A stretch of 20,000 nt of DNA from an uncultured virus (IMG/VR IMGVR_UViG_3300046500_000156) (IMGVR_UViG_3300046500_000156), one strand, 5' to 3'. Shown: positions 7,987 through 14,817, numbered from the stretch's first letter. Made by a program: numbers and translations. The notes: a model not told the origin generated them from the letters alone.

Positions 7987-10474
7987 CTTGGTTTCCGTTT
8001 TTGAGTGCGCTCTGAACGAGCGATTTGAGTCCAGCCTTGCGTTCCGGATACTTCTTCACCGTCTCCAGGAAGTCGGAGCGGTAGAAGAGGAGGTTGAGTA
8101 GATCGTCTTTGCGCAGTGCCTTCAGCTTCGGGATGATCGGCAACTCGATGAGCTTGGCCGGACGAACGACATCGCCGTAGTGCTTGAGCTCGTCCATGCT
8201 CAGGTGCGGCAGATGCGCCCCAAAAGACGAGGCACTGATGTCTGCTACCTGGTGAACGACACGTTCCATCGCCGGATCGGTGATGAGCTTGTCGAAGCCG
8301 GGCAGTTTGATGCCGAGGTAAGCGCACAGGTCGAGATAATCGACACTCACGCGATGATCCTCAGCCACACCGAGCTTGCGGAACTTGGTGCGGTACTCCA
8401 GATACGCCTTGGAGTTCGCACGGTCCCACGCCTTCTGGGCGAAATACGTGTCCATGTCCACCGCACCGCGCTTGATGGCCATGTTCTTTTCCGTGCCAGT
8501 ACGCACGACCACGCCGAGCTTGCGCTCGTCATCGGTGAGATCGAGGTAGTGACCGAAGCGGCCCAGGCGCCCTTCACTGCCGATATGGTCCACTTCCACG
8601 TAGAACAGCGGCGTGTCCGTGGTGTGCTCCGCCTCCGTGATCAGCTTGATGTTCGAGTGCGACTTCGAACGTAGGCCGTGCTCGTTGAAAACATTGCACA
8701 GCGACATCAGCAGGTTGGGCGAACGGGTTGCCGTACCGCTGAACAGACCCGCGGTCTTCGTCGGCTTGCGATTGGCATTGCGGCGCAGACGTTCCGCTTC
8801 CAGATCAGCCGCGGCATCGTCCCAGTCGTGATTGAGCGTGAGATCGACCACCTGCATGCCGGCATTGCGGAATGCGTTGATGATGTCGTCCTTGGCTCCA
8901 TCCTTGGCATTGGCGAGCTTGTAGACCCACGAGGCCTTGCCGATGGTCACGAACGGACAGCACTCGATAGAGTCCTTCAGCCGCTTGGTGCGAGCGGTGA
9001 CGAACACCGTGGGGTTGTCGATGAGCTGCATGAGATCCGCGAAGTACGTCACATCGAGGTTGCCGAGCAGCGAGTCCGTGCGGTTGCTGGAGTGGTGATA
9101 GAAGTCCTGCGCATGGTGCAGCGACTTCACCTTGAGCAGCGTGGCATGCTTCTGGAACACCTGAGCCAGGGGACGCAGAACGTAGTGCTTGAGGAACGCG
9201 TACTTCAGTGCGTTCTTGGTCTGCCAGTCCTTGTTCCCCAGACGGCGACGAAGACGGTGATACTCGTGCGTCGCTGCCTTGTTGCTGAAGATGTGCGTGG
9301 CCTTGAAGCCGCGGTGCTCTGCAGCCTTCAGCTCCGCTTCGTACTTGGTTCGCTTGGCGAGACCCAGCTGCGATTGCAGATAGCGGCGCACCGGTACCGG
9401 CGTGATGGCTTCCATCATGTTGGGGTAGAACTCCACCCCTGAATGGAGATGACCCTTCTCCAGACGCTGGACCGCTTCCTTGATCGAAGCCGGGATCTGC
9501 TTGATGATGTCGTCCTCGATGCGAGCAACGAGAGCGACACACAGATCCGCCAAACCGTCTTCCGTCATCTTGGAAGATGAGAGTGCTTCACGGTTGGGCG
9601 TCAGTGCCAGCGTGCCGGGAGCAGCCTGCACGACCATCTTCTTGAAGCCGACGATCTCCATGAACTGCTTGAGCAGGCTCACAGCCTTGTCCGTGCCCGG
9701 CGTTTGCAGCATCGGATAGATGACCGCACCGTAGCGCACGAACAGCGAATGCGCACCCATGTAGCTGTCGTACCAGCGCTCCGAATCCACGTCATAGCTG
9801 CCGGGTGTCGGATCGAGATTGATCGTCGGCAGACGAGTCGAGATCTCCCCGCCGAGCTCGTCTCGGCTGTACAGATCCACCAGCATGTCGCCGTGCATGG
9901 CGACAACCTTGATGTAGCGCACCATGTGACGCACATCGTCATCCTGCAGCTTGAAGCGCACGGTCAGCCCGCTACGCTCGGTGGCTGTCTGCATGACACG
10001 GGTGATGGCAGGACGGCCTTCTGCCTCGACGCTGGCTTTCACCAGGTTGTAGACAGTCTTCTTTCCCTGGCTCTCGGAGATCACCCGGAAGGATTCCGTG
10101 TAGGCCCAGGGGGATTTGCAACCGAGACCGAAGCCGCCTGTCACAGCCTTGTTCTGGCGCTTGGTGGAGTTGCCGAAGACACCGTAGATCTGCTCGAAGA
10201 GATCTTCCGGAATGCCGTTGCCGCTGTCTTCCACGACGAGCTCGTTTTCGTCGGTGATGGTGATCTTCACCGGCACATCGGTGCGCCCTGCCTCGATGTG
10301 GGCATCCCACGCGTTGCAGAGGATTTCACGGATGCAGGCGAGCTTCTGGTTGGAGTACAGGTTGGTGGCCAGCATCATGAGGAATGCGGCGTCATCGACC
10401 ATGCCCATGGCGGTGGTCTTTTGTGCGCCCAGCGTGGCGGCGGTGGCTTCACCTGCGAGGTCAGCGACTTCCAT
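7979..10474 (-). CDS. rIIA: rIIA-like protein with N-terminal GHKL (Hsp90-like) ATPase domain
   Basis: LYSNQKLACIREILCNAWDAH; EDSGNGI; YGVFGNSTK; GGFGLGCKSPWAYTESF; TPNREAL. Start ATG 10474 has AAGGA upstream and a TAATG overlap with the upstream gene. Confidence 0.92.
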   Translation of the reverse strand: MEVADLAGEATAATLGAQKTTAMGMVDDAAFLMMLATNLYSNQKLACIREILCNAWDAHIEAGRTDVPVKITITDENELVVEDSGNGIPEDLFEQIYGVFGNSTKRQNKAVTGGFGLGCKSPWAYTESFRVISESQGKKTVYNLVKASVEAEGRPAITRVMQTATERSGLTVRFKLQDDDVRHMVRYIKVVAMHGDMLVDLYSRDELGGEISTRLPTINLDPTPGSYDVDSERWYDSYMGAHSLFVRYGAVIYPMLQTPGTDKAVSLLKQFMEIVGFKKMVVQAAPGTLALTPNREALSSSKMTEDGLADLCVALVARIEDDIIKQIPASIKEAVQRLEKGHLHSGVEFYPNMMEAITPVPVRRYLQSQLGLAKRTKYEAELKAAEHRGFKATHIFSNKAATHEYHRLRRRLGNKDWQTKNALKYAFLKHYVLRPLAQVFQKHATLLKVKSLHHAQDFYHHSSNRTDSLLGNLDVTYFADLMQLIDNPTVFVTARTKRLKDSIECCPFVTIGKASWVYKLANAKDGAKDDIINAFRNAGMQVVDLTLNHDWDDAAADLEAERLRRNANRKPTKTAGLFSGTATRSPNLLMSLCNVFNEHGLRSKSHSNIKLITEAEHTTDTPLFYVEVDHIGSEGRLGRFGHYLDLTDDERKLGVVVRTGTEKNMAIKRGAVDMDTYFAQKAWDRANSKAYLEYRTKFRKLGVAEDHRVSVDYLDLCAYLGIKLPGFDKLITDPAMERVVHQVADISASSFGAHLPHLSMDELKHYGDVVRPAKLIELPIIPKLKALRKDDLLNLLFYRSDFLETVKKYPERKAGLKSLVQSALKNGNQDE

Positions 10475-10800
10475 TATTCGGTCCTTGTGAGAGGTGTGAA
10501 CGAAAACTTGAGAGGCGGTTTGTAGTGCTCTTCCCAATCGGCATCGACGATCCAGCTGCGCTTCCATGCCTGCCGGAAGCCGTCTTTGTCATCCCATTCG
10601 GTGGACGGGGCCGGCATCTCGATGTAGTGCTTGAACGGCGGCTGTGCGTGTTCATGAGGAAACGGCAGCAGCACCAGTCCTTGGATGGCCAGGGTCAGGA
10701 TCATCTGGTTGTTCCAGTCGGCACCGCCACTGGCCCAGTTCGGACCTGAGCCAAGGAAGACCAGATCCAGCCTTGCCCGGTACTCCACTTCAGAGAGCAT
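10474..10800 (-). CDS. Hypothetical protein, 108 aa (MLSEVEYR...)
   Basis: Strong AAAGGAGG RBS upstream of ATG 10800; its stop is coupled to the rIIA start. Confidence 0.8.
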   Translation of the reverse strand: MLSEVEYRARLDLVFLGSGPNWASGGADWNNQMILTLAIQGLVLLPFPHEHAQPPFKHYIEMPAPSTEWDDKDGFRQAWKRSWIVDADWEEHYKPPLKFSFTPLTRTE

Positions 10801-10826
10801 GATGTCTTTCCTCCTTTGATTAGCTA

Positions 10827-10845
10827 CCTCAAAGAAATATCTAAT
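10827..10845 (-). promoter_or_regulatory. Repeated motif copy 4 (ATTAGA-TATTTC-TTTGAGG)
   Basis: Lies just downstream of a terminator and upstream of a separate RBS. Confidence 0.65.
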
Positions 10846-10853
10846 CGAAGGAC

Positions 10854-10883
10854 AAAAAGAAGGGGCACCGTTTCCAGTGCCCC
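10854..10883 (-). terminator. Rho-independent terminator after thyX
   Basis: Minus strand GGGGCACTG-GAAA-CGGTGCCCC-TTCTTTTT. Confidence 0.85.
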
Positions 10884-10934
10884 GATAAAGGCTGGCTTGT
10901 AGGGGGACTATCCCCAAACAAACAGATCAACCTC

Positions 10935-10953
10935 CCACAAACTTAATTCTAAC
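10935..10953 (-). promoter_or_regulatory. Repeated motif copy 5 (GTTAGA-ATTAAG-TTTGTGG)
   Basis: Same motif and spacing; its TAG is the thyX stop codon. Confidence 0.5.
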
Positions 10954-11920
10954 CGGCGACGAATTCGCTCGGCAAGAGTTTTCGGTATTGTTGCCAGCCA
11001 ACCAGGTTGCCGTGGAGATCTTCGTGCTCCCAGTAACCGTGCTTCTCGCCTTCGAGCCAGCGATCCGGTGTGGCGACGTGTTCAGCGGGACTAGCATGAA
11101 GTGGCTCGGCTACCACCAGCTTGTTGTGCAGCTCGATGTCCTCCAGGAGAGTGGTCTTACGACCATCGTGTGTGAGATACGACACCCGAGCATTGCGGGC
11201 CGTGCTGACCTTGCGCAGCACAGCGTAAATTTCTTCCTTGCGAGGCATGGCGTAGCTGCCATTGACACCCTGCAGATACTGGACAGCTTGGGTCCAGTCT
11301 TCGGCTTCGACATAGGGCAGGTGCCACTCACCTACTTCGAGACGCCGGGGAACCGACAGCAGCATGCCGTGCTGCATCAGGTCCGAGAGTTCCTTGATCT
11401 CCGGCTGGGCGTCTTCGTGACTGCGCAGCGCAAAGAAGTTGGCGTAGCTCGTGGCCGTGCAGACGACATTGATGTGCGCCCACGGTTCGAGCAGCCGGTT
11501 CGCGATCTGCTTGTGCAGACCCAGGGCAACCAGTGCCTTGACATGCACGATGACTTCGTCGAGCGCATCGAGCCAGTGACAGGAAGCGAGCAGCTTGCCT
11601 TCTGGATCGAGCTCCTGGTGGGCTTGCATGCCCGGCTGATTCGCACCCCAGTGGATGGGGACAACCGGATCGCGCTGAATGTCTTCGATCATCCGGTTGA
11701 CCGGAATGGCTCGGCTGGATGAAGCATTGCGGGACAAGTCTTTGTCGTACATCAGCCCGTCAGTCAGTGCTTCGTAGATCACGGCTTCCGGCGTGGAACT
11801 GAGAATCCGGTGCGTGAGCTCTTCAGCATGGATAAAGCGGGGGTAGCGCAGTTGGAATGTCGTCAGCCGCTGGCCAGCGGGACTGATCGAATCTGCGATG
11901 ACTCTGACTGTGATTGTCAT
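10949..11920 (-). CDS. thyX: Flavin-dependent thymidylate synthase ThyX (phage type)
   Basis: RLTTFQLRYPRFIHAE..THR...SRNASSSRAIP; HKQIANRLLEPW; NFFALR...AQPEI; STARNARVSY; HASPAEHVATP. Confidence 0.92.
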   Translation of the reverse strand: MTITVRVIADSISPAGQRLTTFQLRYPRFIHAEELTHRILSSTPEAVIYEALTDGLMYDKDLSRNASSSRAIPVNRMIEDIQRDPVVPIHWGANQPGMQAHQELDPEGKLLASCHWLDALDEVIVHVKALVALGLHKQIANRLLEPWAHINVVCTATSYANFFALRSHEDAQPEIKELSDLMQHGMLLSVPRRLEVGEWHLPYVEAEDWTQAVQYLQGVNGSYAMPRKEEIYAVLRKVSTARNARVSYLTHDGRKTTLLEDIELHNKLVVAEPLHASPAEHVATPDRWLEGEKHGYWEHEDLHGNLVGWQQYRKLLPSEFVAG

Positions 11921-12402
11921 TTGATGGCTTCCTTGTTAAGGAGCTTGTGTAATTTGTTGAGGGTGTACTCAATCCCACCAACGTGGTGCTGCACCTTCAG
12001 GGACTGCTCCAGCAGCTGCTTCCTCGTCGCAGCAATCTGGAGCTGGTCGGTGAGATTGAGCGCTTGCTTCAGGCTGAGCAGTTCGTCCCCGTTGAGTCCG
12101 AACTTGCCAAGCCTTTGATACCGCTCACCCACAGAGATGAGGCTGCCCAAAGCAGGAATGAAGACTTCTTCTTCCAAAGTCTCCATGCCGGCTTCATCAG
12201 CAAACTCGATGAGTGAGGCACCCACCAGAATGCGGAAGGTGACGGTCAGGTACGTCTCCTCGTCACCCCGACCTTCTGCCATTGCAGCAAGCTGCCCGTG
12301 AGGTACGAGTTGCAGATTGAGTTCGGCTTCCCTATTGAAGCGAACAAGGGTCGAGCCACGGACAAACTTCTTGCGGGACTGGAAAAACTGGGGACGGGGC
12401 AT
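11917..12402 (-). CDS. Hypothetical protein, 161 aa
   Basis: AAGGT RBS; ATGA overlap with the thyX start. Confidence 0.8.
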   Translation of the reverse strand: MPRPQFFQSRKKFVRGSTLVRFNREAELNLQLVPHGQLAAMAEGRGDEETYLTVTFRILVGASLIEFADEAGMETLEEEVFIPALGSLISVGERYQRLGKFGLNGDELLSLKQALNLTDQLQIAATRKQLLEQSLKVQHHVGGIEYTLNKLHKLLNKEAIK

Positions 12403-12420
12403 TTCGATTACCTTGCTTTG

Positions 12421-12537
12421 TTACCGACGAACTGCTCTGCTGAGTGCTTCTGCAACACCCACGATTGCGTAGGCAATGAAGGCGACGATGATGATGGTCG
12501 TGCCGGGGTTGTTATCCATGAATTGGTACAGGCTCAT
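12421..12537 (-). CDS. Small single-pass membrane protein, 38 aa
   Basis: Manual translation MSLYQFMDNNPGTTIIIVAFIAYAIVGVAEALSRAVRR; AGGGAG RBS; ATGA overlap with the upstream gene. Not in the ORF track. Confidence 0.75.
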   Translation of the reverse strand: MSLYQFMDNNPGTTIIIVAFIAYAIVGVAEALSRAVRR

Positions 12538-12740
12538 TGCGTAGCTCCCTGCTGAAACTGTTTCGTGTAGTCATGGTGATGTGCGCCTCGACGCCCACCG
12601 CCACCATGTGCGGCAGGGACAAACCCCACCGGGCCGAGCTCATCGGAGATGACGAACCGCTTGTTGACGGTGTCTTCCCAGATGTGGCCGAGATCGCCGA
12701 CACCGACATAGCGCCAGCGGTCGAGAGCGAAGGTTTCCAT
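12534..12740 (-). CDS. Hypothetical protein, 68 aa (METFALDRW...)
   Basis: TGATG coupling with the upstream gene and GGAG RBS at ATG 12740; ATGA coupling downstream. Confidence 0.7.
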   Translation of the reverse strand: METFALDRWRYVGVGDLGHIWEDTVNKRFVISDELGPVGFVPAAHGGGGRRGAHHHDYTKQFQQGATQ

Positions 12741-12895
12741 CACCAGGCTCCGAACCACACGCCGATGCCGTGGATGATGCCGATGGGAAAGAGCAGCGCT
12801 CCGGCGATCAGCAGGCCGTAGGCGTGATCCCCAATGCAGGTGAAGATGTGCGTGAGCCAGGCGAGGAACAGGCCCAGTGCGATGAAAACGTACAT
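12740..12895 (-). CDS. Small two-helix membrane protein, 51 aa
   Basis: Manual translation MYVFIALGLFLAWLTHIFTCIGDHAYGLLIAGALLFPIGIIHGIGVWFGAW; AGGAG RBS. AWLTH...FPIGIIHG resembles a recurrent small phage membrane protein (from memory). Not in the ORF track. Confidence 0.8.
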   Translation of the reverse strand: MYVFIALGLFLAWLTHIFTCIGDHAYGLLIAGALLFPIGIIHGIGVWFGAW

Positions 12896-12896
12896 G

Positions 12897-13370
12897 TCAG
12901 AATCTCCTGTTCTTCAGATAGAACGGCAACTTGGCTTTGGCCTGCTCCGTCTTGCGATTGGCGAGTGCTCCGTTCTTGGCCCTTGGCTCAGGTTCTCGCT
13001 GGTCTTCGACAGGCTCACGGAACGCAGGCTTCTGTCCCGGATGACCGAAGACCGTGTAGTCCGGTTTGCTGCCGAAGTCAGCGCCAAGAAACATGTGTCG
13101 CTCCAGCTTCTCTGCCCAACTGTCGGTGGGCTTCGGCGGCAGTGGTGCCGGCTCCTTCAGTTCCCGCTGGAGATCGAGCACCATCTGGGCGATGGACTTG
13201 CCGTAGTAGCGGGGCGTGCTGAACACGATCACTCGACGTTCGAGATGTTCAAGATTCAGCGCCAGCATGCGGTCAGTGATGGCCACTGAGTCCGGCTTTA
13301 AGTCCAGCACCTTGTCCATGAATTCAGCGAAGGCCGGGTCTTGCCTCGGATCTTTCTTTTCCTGGTTCAT
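12897..13370 (-). CDS. Hypothetical protein, 157 aa
   Basis: ORF track; GAGG RBS; TGATG coupling. Confidence 0.75.
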   Translation of the reverse strand: MNQEKKDPRQDPAFAEFMDKVLDLKPDSVAITDRMLALNLEHLERRVIVFSTPRYYGKSIAQMVLDLQRELKEPAPLPPKPTDSWAEKLERHMFLGADFGSKPDYTVFGHPGQKPAFREPVEDQREPEPRAKNGALANRKTEQAKAKLPFYLKNRRF

Positions 13371-13576
13371 CAGTAGTGACCTCGTGCACGGCGAACAGAA
13401 GGGACCATCTCGGTGTTGCCCATGGCCAGTTCCTTCTTGGGCTTCTCTTCGATGGTGACGACGAAGCCTTCATGGCGAGCTAGGGAGATGACTCGCTCCA
13501 GCTCTTTTTCCAGACAGTGCTGGGCATAGCCTTCGGGCATGATGCGCACCAGCTCTGCGAAGGTGGGAAGATTCAT
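13370..13576 (-). CDS. Hypothetical protein, 68 aa (MNLPTFAEL...)
   Basis: GGGGAG RBS upstream of ATG 13576; its stop is coupled to the next gene. Confidence 0.75.
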   Translation of the reverse strand: MNLPTFAELVRIMPEGYAQHCLEKELERVISLARHEGFVVTIEEKPKKELAMGNTEMVPSVRRARGHY

Positions 13577-13577
13577 G

Positions 13578-13724
13578 TCACTCCCCCGAGTCCGCTTGCT
13601 TGGCGAGTGCACGGTGTTCGCGCAGACGCTCCAGCAGACCGTGTTCACTGAACGGAACGCCGCTGATGGTTCCGTGTGTTTCGAGCCATTGCTCGACTTC
13701 ATCGAGCAGCATTGCATCGTTCAT
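13578..13724 (-). CDS. Hypothetical protein, 48 aa (MNDAMLLDEVEQW...)
   Basis: AGGA and an A-rich spacer upstream of ATG 13724; ends 1 nt before the next start. Confidence 0.65.
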   Translation of the reverse strand: MNDAMLLDEVEQWLETHGTISGVPFSEHGLLERLREHRALAKQADSGE

Positions 13725-13747
13725 TTTTTGTAGTTGTCCTGAGTGGG

Positions 13748-13783
13748 AATAAGAAAGGGCGAGCACCTTTCGATACTCGCCCT
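13748..13783 (-). terminator. Rho-independent terminator, possibly conditional
   Basis: Minus strand AGGGCGAGTATC-GAAA-GGTGCTCGCCCT-TTCTTATT: 12-bp stem with two G-U pairs and a GNRA loop. Confidence 0.8.
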
Positions 13784-13801
13784 GCCCAGATAAGTTGAAA
13801 G

Positions 13802-14007
13802 ACGTACCTGGCACTACCTCGGGGAAGGCAGCTTGGAGTGCTCTACCGGTTGAAGTTGGTTATTCAAACGCGGGCCTCAGCAGCAAAACACTCCGAGCTG
13901 ACAACGTGCAGTTACTGGTTCAGGTCTGCCCTAGCCATACTCTTCTTTGACCGGTCGCCTATGAGTTGATCGGATTCTGAAGATACGCCCCACTGCACGA
14001 GGTACGT
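13802..14007 (-). ncRNA. Candidate structured RNA element (multibranch fold), family not recognised
   Basis: Closing helix 13802-13809/14000-14007 (8 bp perfect); helix 13905-13912/13992-13999 (8 bp perfect); helix 13829-13848/13881-13900 (20 positions, 1 mismatch and 4 G-U on the minus strand). Confidence 0.5.
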
Positions 14008-14059
14008 ATTCCTTTAGGAGGAAGTAGGCCAACACCAACATCAGCAAAGCGATGTACAT
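13931..14059 (-). CDS. Small hydrophobic/basic peptide, 42 aa (single TM)
   Basis: Manual translation MYIALLMLVLAYFLLKEYVPRAVGRIFRIRSTHRRPVKEEYG; GAGGA RBS; directly behind motif copy 6. Not in the ORF track. Confidence 0.6.
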   Translation of the reverse strand: MYIALLMLVLAYFLLKEYVPRAVGRIFRIRSTHRRPVKEEYG

Positions 14060-14067
14060 GTTGTCTT

Positions 14068-14086
14068 CCTCAAAGTTATATCTAAT
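14068..14086 (-). promoter_or_regulatory. Repeated motif copy 6 (ATTAGA-TATAAC-TTTGAGG)
   Basis: About 10 nt downstream of a terminator U-tract, the same layout as copy 4. Confidence 0.65.
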
Positions 14087-14096
14087 TGTCTATCTG

Positions 14097-14121
14097 AAAA
14101 AGGGAGCTGTCAAGGCTCCCT
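14097..14121 (-). terminator. Rho-independent terminator ending the AAA-vWA-dcd unit
   Basis: Minus strand AGGGAGC-CTTGACA-GCTCCCT-TTTT. Confidence 0.8.
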
Positions 14122-14150
14122 CACCAAAACAACACCCAACAAAACCAGAA

Positions 14151-14324
14151 TCAATCTGGCTCAGCGAGGATCTTCTGGCGTGCCACCATCAGATCCAGCA
14201 TGAACTTCTTCTCCCATTGGCCGTAGCAGGCGCCACAGTAGAACTGATAGCGCCTGTCGAGCAGCACCCAGGCATTGGGCTCCTTGCAGGTACTACACAG
14301 AGGCAATAGCTGGGACTGGCTCAT
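14151..14324 (-). CDS. Small C4 zinc-finger / zinc-ribbon protein, 57 aa
   Basis: Manual translation MSQSQLLPLCSTCKEPNAWVLLDRRYQFYCGACYGQWEKKFMLDLMVARQKILAEPD (CxxC-16-CxxC); AAGGA RBS; fills the gap between dcd and the terminator. Not in the ORF track. Confidence 0.7.
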   Translation of the reverse strand: MSQSQLLPLCSTCKEPNAWVLLDRRYQFYCGACYGQWEKKFMLDLMVARQKILAEPD

Positions 14325-14817
14325 CGGCTTGTCCTTGATACTTTCCTTCGTACCAGGAGGGGTTCTTCACCTGGTGAAAGATCACCTGACCGATGCCGGC
14401 GCCAGCCGGAATGACCAGTGCCCCTTCACCACGGTAGAACAATTCGAGGGTCAGAAAGCCCTTCCATCCTGGCTCCAGGACTGTATTCCCGATCATCAGC
14501 CCCTGACGAATCCAGGTGGACTTGTCGTGCAGGATGCCCATCAGATCGGGCGGCATCTCGAACTCCTCGACGCTCGATGCGAGCGTGAAGCTGCCGGGCC
14601 GGATATGGTAATGGACCATCTTACCGTCCGGTCCCTTTTCCAGCATGACAGCTCGGCGCTTGAGCGGGCCTTCGGAGACGAACTGGATTTCCTGCTTGAT
14701 GCGAATGTCGTAACCGACTTCGACGAGGCCGTGGCTCACGCCATGGGCCTTTTCCTTGGTTCCCAGCATGCCCTTGATGGGCTGCTTCAAGAACAGGTCG
14801 ATACCGTTGATGACCAT
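14293..14817 (-). CDS. dcd: dCTP deaminase (trimeric dUTPase-like fold; N4 gp26-like)
   Basis: GYDIRI; PGSFTLASSVEEFEMP; DKSTWIRQG; TVLEPGWKGFLTLE; IGQVIF; YEGKYQGQ. Confidence 0.92.
   Translation of the reverse strand: MVINGIDLFLKQPIKGMLGTKEKAHGVSHGLVEVGYDIRIKQEIQFVSEGPLKRRAVMLEKGPDGKMVHYHIRPGSFTLASSVEEFEMPPDLMGILHDKSTWIRQGLMIGNTVLEPGWKGFLTLELFYRGEGALVIPAGAGIGQVIFHQVKNPSWYEGKYQGQADEPVPAIASV

Noticed and set aside
7006..11722. Other long plus-strand ORFs (7006-8004, 8678-9442, 9704-10525, 10988-11722)
   Set aside because: They lie antisense to well-supported rIIB, rIIA and thyX and have the V/D/H/L-rich composition typical of shadow frames.
13920..13928. AGACCTGA on the minus strand, resembling a reported N4 middle-promoter element
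   Set aside because: It is a single short match that I did not see at the other intergenic sites, so it is probably chance.
13829..13983. Plus-strand antisense RNA (type I antitoxin) suggested by three plus-strand G-U pairs
   Set aside because: The longest helix extends to 20 positions only on the minus strand, and I found no convincing plus-strand promoter. It is not excluded, but it is unsupported.
13802..14007. Retron msr-msd, tRNA or known ribozyme as the identity of the structured region
   Set aside because: There is no reverse transcriptase in the window. GGTAGAGCAC resembles a tRNA D-arm, but there is no T-loop or cloverleaf. I recognised no hammerhead, twister or pistol core.
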